Origin: Octopus bimaculoides
Taxonomy: Eukaryota
DNA: 37,512 bases
Assembly (NCBI RefSeq): GCF_001194135.2
Contig: NC_068990.1
Coordinates: 6,391,152 to 6,428,663 of the forward strand
Direction of reading: 5' to 3'
Shown here: piece after piece, positions 24,409 through 34,382 of the stretch
Layout: each line of letters starts with the position of its first letter
Position numbering within the stretch: position 1 is the stretch's first letter
Translations under genes and position numbers: made by a program
The notes under the pieces: generated by a model
Told to the model about the DNA's origin: nothing
The model's database searches: none
The model's input: the letters and a program-made list of their open reading frames with translations, nothing else

Positions 24409-24819
24409 CAGTAATCCCTCAACTATTGTGGGTGTTACATTCCAAAATCTCCTGTGATAGGTGAAAATCTGTGAAGTAGAAACAATACTCGTTTTTTTTT
24501 TTACTGTGGTCATGCTGGAGCACCACTGTATTATATTTTTTTGATTTGCATATATTTATTTTATTATAAATGCAAAACAACACCATGGAGAAATTGACAT
24601 AAGCTTAAATAATAAACTGTGCTCTCTGAGTGGTTGGCGTTAGGAAGGGCATCCAGCTGTAGAAACTCTGCCAAATCAGATTGGAGCCTGGTGTAGCCAT
24701 CTGGTTTCACCAGTCCTCGGTCAAATCGTCCAACCCATGCTAGCATGGAAATCGGACGTTAAACGACGACGACGACGATGATGATGATAGGTGAACCACG
24801 ATATGGTGAGGGATTATTG
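24409..24819. mobile_element. Tigger-type MITE with a nested family C tail (24622-24788)
   Basis: TA|CAGTAATCCCTC ... GAGGGATTATTG|TA termini with TA target duplication. The inserted piece ends in (GAC/GAT)n. Confidence 0.75.
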
Positions 24820-25084
24820 TATATTAAAAAATGTTAAAATTTTTTTATGCACTGTAGAAATATAACCAGTTTATTGCACATAAATTTTGACAACAAAATC
24901 TTAAATGGACACACCACAAGGGCCATATGGACCCTGGTTGAAGACCACTGCTTTAGAGTCAACCTTCATTACCGGCAGATGAACAGATAAAGTGAGCTTG
25001 ATATGTGACAGATGTACTAGAGCAATATATACTATGAGCTCATTGGAAATAGATTCTCTAGTAGTTGATAGCTTTTCTATGGGA

Positions 25085-25220
25085 AGTGGTTGCTTTAAAT
25101 CCCCCTCGAGGATGAAAGACAAAGTCAATCCCGGCGGCATTTGAACCCAGAACGTAAAAACGGACGAAACGTCGCTCGGCATTTTGCTCCGTATGCTAAC
25201 GATTCTGCCAACTCGACTTG
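25085..25220 (-). mobile_element. SINE family E 5' part
   Basis: GGATGAAAGACAAAGTCAATCCCGGCGGCATTTGAACCCAGAACG...GATTCTGCCAACTCG is the reverse complement of the family E head and core. Confidence 0.65.
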
Positions 25221-26014
25221 ACAGTAAAATATTTGATTTTTATATGTGAGATAAGTTGCTTCCCTTGTATGGTTATTAAGAATGAACGACTCATTCAATC
25301 CTAATTTCTTTCTTTGGTTTGATTTTTGACACTATAATTCCAAAATTTCTTTGTAATCCCTACAAATTCGGTGTTTTTTTTACTGTATTTCTATGTGGCT
25401 TAGCGGAAATCTGCAATTCCTATATTCTATACCATTCTGGATGCATAAATAATTCGAAGAAAAATAAGATATCACACTTCTTAAGACATTTAGTCAAAAC
25501 TATTGAAGTGTGAGTGTTTAAATGAAAAAATGCATGTGTATGTGTGTGTATGCATGCATGCGCGCGCGCGTGCGTCTTTGAATTGGTACTTAAGCACTGG
25601 AAAAGTATATCTGTGGAATTTAAGAGCTCATTTCTTTAAAATAATGTTGAATTCCAATATTTCATTATCTCAATGCAATAACCAAAGCAGGATTGAATCT
25701 GCATAGGGTTAAAACTGGTTAAAATGAATATTCAGAGCAGAATATCTGAAAGAACAGAAAACACCTTTGCTGTTATGAAAATAACATAGAAAGAGAATAC
25801 AAAAGAAAAAAATAAAATACAAACGTACCTGTACTTATGTTGATAATTGGCTCCAAGACTTAACTTGAAAAATGATGTAACACACACACGCACATACACA
25901 CAAGAAAGAAAACCATTAAAACATGTAATTGAAATTTATTAAAGAAAGCTTTTTGGCTGCGCCGGTTTGGTCATGTGATGCAGATGGATGCTGACAGCTC
26001 CATAAAGAAGTATC

Positions 26015-26651
26015 GGATCTTTTTTAAAATGGGGGCCACATTTTTCATTAACGAAACACTTTGAAACTTGGAACACTGGTAGAATGTGTCATATAAAACA
26101 TCTTTTTCTCTTAGTCTTCTTAAAAAAAAAAAGAAATCCACAAGTTATTCCATGTTTAAGTTGTCGTATTTCTGTAATTTCAACCAATTACTGACGTCCA
26201 TTCAGCCGATATACATTAAGTGCCGACTACATAAACAAACGATTCTGAAACAATTAACCCTAACCCTAACCCTAACCCTATGGTTAGGGTTAGGGTTAGG
26301 GTTAGGGTTAGGGTTAGGGTTAAAGCAAATTTAANNNNNNNNNNNNNNNNNNNNNNNNNNNNNNNNNNNNNNNNNNNNNNNNNNNNNNNNNNNNNNNNNN
26401 NNNNNNNNNNNNNNNNNTTACATCGCTTAATCAGCCAAAGGAGTAAATATAAACAACTGAATACTTGTCAGTGATTGGTTGAAATTATCGAAATAAGACA
26501 ATTTTTTACATGAAATAAATTCGAATACAAAAATATTTTTCTGTTCTATAACACAAAATAGATAAGTATACGAAGTTTGAAAGTCTTTCCGTACCAAAAA
26601 CACTACGTAAAACATTAATGAAAAATGTGGCCCCCGTTTTAAAATAGATCC
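26015..26651. mobile_element. Long-TIR foldback DNA element with an internal telomeric-repeat palindrome
   Basis: Termini GGATCT(T/A)TTTTAAAA(T/C)GGGGGCCACATTTTTCATTAA at both ends in inverted orientation, plus a second inverted block TTTCAACCAAT(T/C)ACTGAC. 8-bp TSD GAAGTATC at 26007-26014 and 26652-26659. Confidence 0.85.
26255..26319. repeat. Interstitial telomeric-type repeat (TAACCC)4-TATGG-(TTAGGG)6
   Basis: Read directly from the sequence. An 83-N gap starts 15 nt downstream. Confidence 0.95.
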
Positions 26652-27017
26652 GAAGTATCAATCTCCCAAAGTTGATGGAACACATGGAAGAGGGAAACCC
26701 ATGTAAAGCTGAGATGAGGTACTGAATGATGACCTCTGGATGACAAAGGACTGAGATACCTGGCACCTTACTGTGCACAAGAAGACCCATCCTCCACAGC
26801 AGAAGTGTTAAGGTCATTGCAAGAGCCCTGTGCCAGTGCCGCTTAAAAAGCACTTGTGCCAGTGTTATGTAAAAAGCACTTGTGCTGGTGCCATGTAGAA
26901 GCGCTCGTGCAGTGCCACGTTAAAAGCACCCAGCACACTCTGTAAAGTGGTTGGCATTGGGAAGCGCATCCAACCATAGAAACCAAGCCAAATCAGACTA
27001 GAGCTTGGTGCAGCTCT

Positions 27018-27175
27018 ATCTTTATGTTCTGGGTTCAAATGCTGCTGGGGTTGACTTTGCCTTTCATCCTTTAGAGGTCAATAAAATAAGTACCAGTTGA
27101 ATACTGGGGTTGATATAATTGACTTATCCCCACTCCTGAAACTGTTGGCCTTGTTGCCAAAATTTGAAACCAGTA
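27018..27175 (+). mobile_element. SINE family E, partial
   Basis: GTTCTGGGTTCAAATGCTGCTGGGGTTGACTTTGCCTTTCATCCTTTAGAGGTCAATAAAATAAGTACCAG. Confidence 0.7.
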
Positions 27176-27586
27176 TATATATTTGAATATGTTGGCATAT
27201 GTGTATGTGCACATGGATGTATACATTTTAAGACAAGCCAAAGGAGATAACTCTACAACCGTAGAGTTCTGTCCCTTCAGCAATGTATGCATATTATATT
27301 TTATAGTTCATTTTTTTTATAAGCACAAAAAAAACAAAAACATGTTCTATCTGTATATATGCATAGTTTCTAGTGAATGAGGGAATAGTTTCTTGGTGAT
27401 ATGCTTGATTTTTAAAATAAATTCACGGTCTCTGACCAATCTGATGGTAAATATTTAGCTTTATGACATTCTGTTAAAAGGTTGATTCATGGAACTTGTA
27501 GCTCACAGATCTGGACTAAATATGAAATGTATTTATTTTGAATTAGACATCTTAGAGTGTGTGTGTATAATATGTGTGTATACACA

Positions 27587-27589
27587 TGT

Positions 27590-27647
<58 letters not shown>
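27587..27647. repeat. (CA)n microsatellite
   Basis: Long uninterrupted CA run. Similar CA/TG, GA and TA tracts lie near 3740, 12120, 14060, 23640, 29290, 33780, 35450 and 37120. Confidence 0.95.
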
Positions 27648-27649
<2 letters not shown>

Positions 27650-27757
27650 TGTTACTAAGAAAGGCTACTAAATATGGAGAATACATGAGTGAAAGAGAGT
27701 CTTTTCAATGTTGACCCAACAGAGGGACCAGCTATTGTAGTTGACAGTAGTATGATA

Positions 27758-28110
27758 CTGAGCTGCTGAGACCCCCCTTCGGTCATGGCTGACCATGGGA
27801 TTGCACCGAGAAAGTTACCCTCCAAGGCACAAGCCCGGGCAAGGTTGTTTATGGAAGACCAGCAGTCGCCCATGCATACCGGCCTCCCCTCTCCACGCCA
27901 CTGATGTTATCCAAGGGAAAGGCAAAGGCTGACACAGCTTGGCACCTGTGACGTCGCAACTCATTTCTACAGCTGAGTGAACTGGAGCAACGTGAAATAA
28001 AAAATACAACATGCTCAAGAACACAACACGCAGCCTGGTCTGGGATTTGAACTCACAACCTTGCGATCGTAAACTCGACGCGCTAACCACTGAGCCATGC
28101 GCCTTCACAT
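27758..28110 (-). mobile_element. SINE family A, young full-length copy
   Basis: Intact A box TGGCTCAGTGG and B box GAGTTCAAATCC, with CpGs retained. Perfect 18-bp TSD GTTGACAGTAGTATGATA at 27740-27757 and 28111-28128. Confidence 0.92.
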
Positions 28111-28144
28111 GTTGACAGTAGTATGATAGATGTAAAATAATTAA

Positions 28145-28790
28145 GGATATGAAAGCAGGGAAAGCCCCTGGTCCACCAGGAATTTAACTGAGATGCTTAA
28201 AATACGTTATGGAATAGGATATGGCCTAGTCACCTGTATAATTAATCAAGTTGTACAGAAAATCAGTCTCAGAGATGGCAATGGCTGCCGCGAGATCTCA
28301 CCCAATATGGCGCTGACTGCTTGTGCCACTACAAGGGCTCTCCCAATATGGCGCTGACTGCTTGTGCTTCTACAGTTTTATTTCTTTTCTATTTCTACTA
28401 CAGATTCAGCTATTAGGACTAATTCATCTGCATAAAGAAGTTCCCATGGACAACTAATGTAAAATTCCTCTGTTATGGATTATGACAAGTAGTTGCGAGC
28501 TGGGAACTGAATCCCGATGGATCCCTGCCTTCATGCCAAATTTGAAATATTCATTACTAATTCTCTTCTTGTCGGCTGCACTTCTGTACATGGCTTGCAT
28601 GCCACCTTCATAAGCCATTCATCTGTTCTTATATTCATTAGTGGTCATCAGGTTATATGGCATAAGACCCTGTCAAAGACCGTCTTTAGGCTGATGACTC
28701 TTACATCATCCAGAAATTCATGCCTAACATCCTGTGAAATAAGATCACCTTTGATTTTTTCCTCAAGCACTTTTTCTTCGTTTCGGTCCA
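28145..28790. mobile_element. Two short RTE fragments in opposite orientations
   Basis: The + piece 28145-28275 reads MKAGKAPGPPGI...GYGLVTCIINQVVQK. The - piece ~28530-28790 contains LKTVFDRV (an AFDRV-like motif). Confidence 0.6.
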
Positions 28791-29054
28791 TGTTAATGTA
28801 TGCATGTGTGTGTTTCTGTTTTCTTGTCTTGACATTGAATAATAGTTGTAAATGAGTGTCATTGTCATACAAGCAGTGTGGTGTATTTCCAATATTGTTT
28901 GAAAATATGTCTGGCCAGGTGGGAAATATACCTTGTTTGGAAACAGGTGAGGGTTGGCTGTAAGAAGGGTATCTGGCTATAGAAAATCTACCTCAATGAA
29001 TTCTATCTGACCCATGCAAGCATAGAAAAGTGGATGTTAAGTAATAATGATAAT

Positions 29055-29245
29055 GATGGTTTCAAATTTTGCCACAAGGGCAGCAATTTTGGGGGAGGAG
29101 ATGAGTCGATTACATTAACCCCAGTGTTCAAATGATACTTATTTTATATCGACCCTGAAAGGATGAAAGGTAAAGTCGACCTTGGTGGAATTTGAACTCA
29201 GTACATAGCAATGGGCAAAATAATGATTCTGCCAGCTCGCTGCCT
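29055..29245 (-). mobile_element. SINE family E
   Basis: TTATATCGACCCTGAAAGGATGAAAGGTAAAGTCGACC...GATTCTGCCAGCTCGC. Another partial copy lies at ~29733-29880. Confidence 0.7.
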
Positions 29246-29451
29246 TCCAAGTAATAATAATGATGATGATGATGATGATTGTATGTGCGTGTGTGTGTGT
29301 GTGTGAATGCATGCACACACGTGTGTGTGTGTGTATGCATGCATGTATATGTTTATGTGTGAGTGTGCATACATATATTGTTATGCCTACTGAATTCATT
29401 TATGTGAGCACATATAAAGATATGTTTAATTTTTTTTTTCTTGTGTGCCAG

Positions 29452-29557
29452 ATTCCGGAAACCACATGAAGAGATCAGTCTTGACAGTGATATTGTACCA
29501 TGCTTCAGTGATGAAATTCAACTCTCTGTTGAAGATTACAGAAAGAAGTTATATGAG
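29452..29557 (+). CDS. MAPK15: MAPK15 coding exon 9 (106 nt, phase 2/0): (R)FRKPHEEISLDSDIVPCFSDEIQLSVEDYRKKLYE
   Basis: Acceptor tttcttgtgtgccag and donor gtaatt. Matches the post-kinase segment (QLSV..YR..Y) of MAPK15. Confidence 0.94.
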
Positions 29558-29936
29558 GTAATTGTTAAGCATTATTTCATTTGAATTTCATGCCTTTTCC
29601 CTTTTTGGTATGTGTGTACAGCTATCACCTATCTCCTTTACTTACCACCCTGAAATTTCCTGTTTTGTCCACTGTTCTGACTACCAGCTTCTGTTATTAG
29701 AAATTTCTCTTCTAATTTAACAACTTATATTAATTTCAAATTTTTGGCACAAGGCCAGCAATTTCAGGGGAAGGGCTAAGTCGATTACATTGATCTTAGC
29801 ACTTAACTAGTACTTATTTTATCGACACCCCCCGAAAGGATGAAAGGCAAAGTTGACCTTGATGGAATTAGAACTCAGAAAGGATCTACAGACGTTGGGA
29901 CTCACAGAGGGGGTGACAGGTGACAGAGACTCACAT

Positions 29937-30370
29937 CACCATCATCATCATCATCATCATCGTTTAACGTCCGCTTTCCATGCTAGCATGGGTTGGACGA
30001 TTTGACTGAGGACTGGTGAACCAGATGGCTGCACCAGGCTCCAATCTGATCTGGCAGAAGACCATGCATGTTCTTGCATACAAGCTTGTCTCCTGTATCT
30101 TCCTCCAGCTGAGCATTTCTAATCTTGGGGACTTGCAGGTGCCAGTTCCGCATAAAAAGCACCCATACTGGTGCCACATAAATGCACCTGTGCCAGTGCT
30201 TCAGGAAAACACCCAGTTACACTCTATAAAGTGGTTGGCGTTAGGAAGGCCATCCAGCCATAGAAACCATGCCAAAACAGACATATGAAGCCTGGGTGGT
30301 TCTTCAGCTGGCCACCTCCTGTCAGACTGTCCAACCCATGTCAGCATGGAAAATGGACGTTAAAGGATGA
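29937..30370. mobile_element. Family C tail (-, 29937-30058) joined to an RTE 3' end (+, ~30060-30370)
   Basis: (CAT)nCGTTTAACGTCCGC... on the left and ...AACCCATGTCAGCATGGAAAATGGACGTTAAAGGATGATG on the right. Confidence 0.75.
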
Positions 30371-30614
30371 TGGCAATGAATGTAAAGATGGAGAAAATAC
30401 TGGTAAATATTTTGTCCGGCATGCTAATGATTCTGCCAACTCACCGCTTTGAACAATTTAATCATATTAAAGAAAACATGTGTCATACGCTTAATATTCT
30501 CCAGCAACTACTCACTTCATCATCTATTACTTCTCACTGAAAAAAAAATCTTTAAAATTCCACAAATTACAAGAAGACCTAACCTTTCCTTTATGTTTAA
30601 TATATTTCTACTCC

Positions 30615-31007
30615 CCACCACCTTGGAGGCGCCATGGCCCAGTGGTTAGGGCAGCGGACTCGCAGTCATAGGATCGCGGTTTCGATTCCAAGACCGGGCG
30701 TTGTGAGTGTTTATTGAGCGAAAACACCTAAAACCCCACAAGGCTCTGGCAGGGGCTAGTAGCGAACCCTGCTGTACTCTTTCACCACAACTTTCTCTTA
30801 CTCCCTGTTTCTGTTGTGCCTGTAATTCAAAGGGTCAGCCTTGTCACACTGTGTCATGCTGAATATCCCCGAGAACTACGTTAGGGGTACACATGTCTGT
30901 GGAGTGCTCAGCCACTTGCCACGTTAATTTCACGAGCAGGCTGTTCCGTTGATTGGATCAACTGGAACCCTCGACGTCGTAAGCGTCGGAGTGCCAACAA
31001 CAACAAC
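30615..31007 (+). mobile_element. tRNA-derived SINE, family B
   Basis: Homologous to 23908-24289 with a (CAA)n tail. 11-bp TSD ATTTCTACTCC at 30604-30614 and 31008-31018. Confidence 0.9.
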
Positions 31008-31739
31008 ATTTCTACTCCAAAACCTATTTACTTTTTACCTGATGCCAAAATACTCCATACTTATGGGCTGACACCTTCTTTTAGCATAAGTGTCATTGGT
31101 TGCATTAAGATGTAAGCCATAGACTACATTAATAAGGGAACTTTGGTCATGTCTTCTCTGCCTTCTTAATTACTATTATAATAAACATTGTGCGTTAAAA
31201 CTTCCTGAATTCGCTCAATTATTTAAACAACTTGTCTATTGCACTTACCTCTTAATTTTACACTACAATATTATTTTTCTAATAGTTACAATAAACATAA
31301 TTTGTAGCCATCACTCGCAGAAACACTACACCGTGGAGCTCTGTCCTCAACTACAGTAGCCAAGCTACATTTTGGGTGATGCATTTCCTCCCTGGAAACA
31401 ATTAAAAAGTATCCTCTTATGTTTTACTAATGTTTATCTTTTCTCTTTTATTTTTTACTTGTTTCAGTCACTAGACTGCGGCTACCTTGAATTTTTAGTC
31501 AAATGGATCAACCCTAGTACTTCTTTTTTAAGAAGTGGTACTTATTCTATTGGTCTCTTTTGCTGAACCACTAAGTTATGAGGACACAAACTCACCAACA
31601 CTGGTTGTCAAGCAGTGATGGAGGGGACAAACACAGACACAAAGACACATGCACATAGATATATACATAATATATATATANNNNNNNNNNAACAATTAAA
31701 AAGTATCCTCTTATGTTTTACTAATGTTTATCTTTTCTC

Positions 31740-32127
31740 TTTTATTTTTTACTTGTTTCAGTCACTAGACTGCGGCTACCTTGAATTTTTAGTCAAATGG
31801 ATCAACCCTAGTACTTCTTTTTTAAGAAGTGGTACTTATTCTATTGGTCTCTTTTGCTGAACTGCTAAGTTACGGGGATGTAAACACACCACCATCGGTT
31901 GTCAAGCGACGTTGGGGGGTCAAACACAAACACACAAACATGTACAAATGCATACATATATATACATATATACGACGGGCTTCTTTCAGTTTCCGTCTAC
32001 CAAATCCACTCACAAGGCTTTGGTCAGCTCGAGGTTATAGTAGAAGAGACTTGCCCAAGGTGCCACGCAGTGGGACTGAACCTAGAACCATGTGGTTCGT
32101 AAGCAAGCTACTTTCCACACAACCACT
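31740..32127 (-). mobile_element. SINE family D
   Basis: Minus head AGGCGCAGGAGTGGTTGTGTGG...GGTTCAGTCCCACTGCGTGGCACCTTGGGCAAG, an internal microsatellite, and tail GACTGAAACAAGTAAAA. A partial copy lies at 31435-31680. Confidence 0.85.
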
Positions 32128-32188
32128 CCTGCGCCTATTAATATCCTTATGACTCATGGTTTAATTTTATTTCCATTTCATTGTTTAG

Positions 32189-32390
32189 ATGATTGTTGAG
32201 AAAAATTTTTGGCAAACAAAACATCACGATAAAATTGACAGCATGAGGTTACAAAAAGAAAGAACGTTTTATAAAGAAAACAGAAAGCAGCTTTCTCCAT
32301 TAACAGCTGTAGGTTGTCCATATACTGCAGGACCTGATGTTAGTAGGGATTCTCTACTCTCTGCAAGTAAATCACGTCTCTCTGAAAAGG
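32189..32390 (+). CDS. MAPK15: MAPK15 coding exon 10 (202 nt, phase 0/1): MIVEKNFWQTKHHDKIDSMRLQKERTFYKENRKQLSPLTAVGCPYTAGPDVSRDSLLSASKSRLSEK
   Basis: Acceptor tttcattgtttag and donor gtaagc. Phase continues from exon 9, and the junction gives LYE|MI, matching human VYQMI. Confidence 0.85.
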
Positions 32391-32929
32391 GTAAGCAAAT
32401 ATTTTTGAAAAATTTTCATGAAACTCTGTATAAGACAGACTGTTTCTAATTCTCTTCATTGAGTCTATTGAATATACTACGGACTTCATATATGCCATTA
32501 TTTCACATCTATCTATGCTTTCAGTATATTGTTCCTCACCCACTTATTTTGTATTGTCACCTTTCACCTCCTTCATTCTGACCCATTCCAGTTTTCTTCA
32601 CTGATCCCTTCCCAACTGATATCCACCATTAACTACCCTTCCACCTATGCCCAAAATTCACTGCATTCACCCCTATTCCCATCTCTAACCATCTTTCATT
32701 TCTCTTACCCACCCCATCCAAATCTATGTTCTTATTCTCTCTTATATTCACCTTCCTTCCTGTATCTTGACGATATACTTTGAAACCCCATCACCACCAT
32801 TTTTTTCTTTCCAGCTGAGGTGGCCATATATCTCCTCTACAACAAAACACCTATTCCTGTCCCTCTATCATGCTCTAACATCTCAACACATGGTATAAAA
32901 CCGTCACCCTCAATGCTATACCCCTACTC

Positions 32930-33310
32930 AATCAAGGGGTTTCTGGTCTTGTGAGTTATTTGGTGATCATGTAGCAGAGCTACATAACTTAGGCATAGTA
33001 GTATGTGACCAGAGGTGCTATGGTCGTCCTGCACAGCAGATGAATATATCGATGATGTAGCTAGCCTCGCTTTGATACACTAGCCTCGTTCTGATACACT
33101 AACCTTGTTCTGATCTACACTGGCCTTGGTCAAATACACCATGTTAGTGCTGGAGTCATTTAAAAAGTACTCAGTACATTCTGTAAAGAGGTTGGTTCTG
33201 GTCATTCAACCATAGGCACCATACCAAAGAAGACAGTGTTCTGCCTCATCAGATCCTGTCGAACTGTCCAACCCTTGCCAACATAGAGGACAGATGTTAA
33301 ACAACAATGA
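32930..33310 (+). mobile_element. Degraded retroposon with a family C-like 3' end and an internal ~19-bp tandem repeat
   Basis: Ends CTGTCCAACCCTTGCCAACATAGAGGACAGATGTTAAAC. Repeat unit CTAGCCTCGTTCTGATACA occurs about 4 times at 33061-33130. Confidence 0.5.
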
Positions 33311-33564
33311 TAGTGTATGTGTGTATTTATTTTTGGGTTTATATGTGTGAATCTGTGAACCTAATTTATTTACATATTACTTGTGCATTCCTTATAGATT
33401 ATTATAAGCATGTTTGCAAAGTATTGTGACATATAAATGTATGTTTGGGTATGCACATCCGGGAGCATTTCTACATTTGTATACCTACACTTATATTATG
33501 GATAGATGTGTTTTGTTTATTATAGATGTGTTACACATTTGTAAACTTACTCATGGGCATGCTG

Positions 33565-33779
33565 TATTCTTTTATTCCTTTACTTGTTTCAGTCATTTGA
33601 CTGTGGCCATGCTGGAGCACTGCTTTGAAGGGTTTTAGTCAAACAAATCGGCCCTGAGGCTTATTTTTTAAGCCTAGTACTTATTCTATCAGTTTCTTTT
33701 GCAGAACCACTAAGTCATGAGGATGTAAACACACCATGTTAAGAGGTGGTGGTGGGACAAATACAGACATACACATATA

Positions 33780-33827
<48 letters not shown>

Positions 33828-33993
33828 CATGACAGGCTTCTTTCAGTTTCTGTCTACCAAATCCACTAACAAGGCTTTGGTTGGCCTGAGGCTATAGTAG
33901 AAGACACTCACCCAAGGTGCCATGCTGTGGGACAAAACCCAGAGCCATGTGGTTGGCAAGCAAGCTACTTATCACACAGTCACGCCTGCCCCT
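33565..33993 (-). mobile_element. SINE family D, full length
   Basis: Aligns with 31740-32127 and has an internal (CA)n. Confidence 0.85.
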
Positions 33994-34141
33994 AGTTATC
34001 AGAAAATTCCCTTTTATGTAGTCTATAGGAAACAGATGAAAAACAATGTCTGTAAGATGAATGTTTTTTTACCCTGAGCAGTCTTTTATTACATTTAACA
34101 TATCAAACATTTACTCTTTTTTATTTATTTCACTTTTATAG

Positions 34142-34269
34142 TAAAGACACACACTCAAATGTCAGATGATATGCAGAATACTACTCCCCAACATTTACAA
34201 AACCAACTCAAGCCTGTTTCCAGGTTTAAACTACTCGAAAATTCCAGTCATGCTGTTGAACCAAACAAA
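34142..34269 (+). CDS. MAPK15: MAPK15 coding exon 11 (128 nt, phase 1/0): (V)KTHTQMSDDMQNTTPQHLQNQLKPVSRFKLLENSSHAVEPNK
   Basis: Long polypyrimidine tract ending cttttatag and a consensus donor gtaagt. Open in the phase required by exon 10. No recognisable homology, so the call rests on splice signals and phase. Confidence 0.7.
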
Positions 34270-34382
34270 GTAAGTATAAATGAACAAGAGAACGTCTACT
34301 TTCTATTTCCAGCACTGTACTCACTAGAAATAGCAACCAAATCTCTCACCCTAATGTTTTAAGAGTAAGAATACGTCAGATA

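Larger units (their letters stand above)
25958..27010 (+). mobile_element. RTE LINE 3' end interrupted by the foldback element at 26015-26651
   Basis: Removing the insert and one TSD copy restores RFGHVMQMDADSSIKKYQSPKVDGTHGRGKPM*, homologous to the C-terminus of the 16510-18175 element. The RTE 3' UTR follows. Confidence 0.85.

Noticed and set aside
25540-25575. Alternating purine-pyrimidine tract GCATGCATGCGCGCGCGCGTGCG as a functional Z-DNA element (also 29280-29350)
   Set aside because: Such tracts are ubiquitous microsatellite derivatives in this sequence, and nothing singles these out.
25600-25712. Second piggyBac-like MITE ending CATAGGG|TTAA
   Set aside because: No matching left TIR with a TTAA site could be identified.
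26255-26319. Telomere fusion scar or true chromosome end
   Set aside because: The order is (CCCTAA)n then (TTAGGG)n, opposite to an end-to-end fusion, and the repeat lies inside an element with TIRs and a TSD within an intron.
27758-28110. tRNA genes at the SINE heads (also 6517, 15587, 23908, 30615, 37140)
   Set aside because: A and B boxes are present, but there is no complete acceptor stem and each head continues into a multicopy SINE body, in several cases with a TSD.
31397-31860. About 170-bp exact duplication (31397-31566 and 31691-31860) suggesting a tandem duplication
   Set aside because: The second copy starts exactly at a 10-N gap, is identical, and diverges only inside a SINE. 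This is most likely a contig-overlap or misjoin artefact.
33061-33130. CRISPR-like repeat array (also the 26-bp modules at 26826-26930)
   Set aside because: Eukaryotic context, no unique spacers and no cas genes. These are degenerate tandem repeats inside retroposons.
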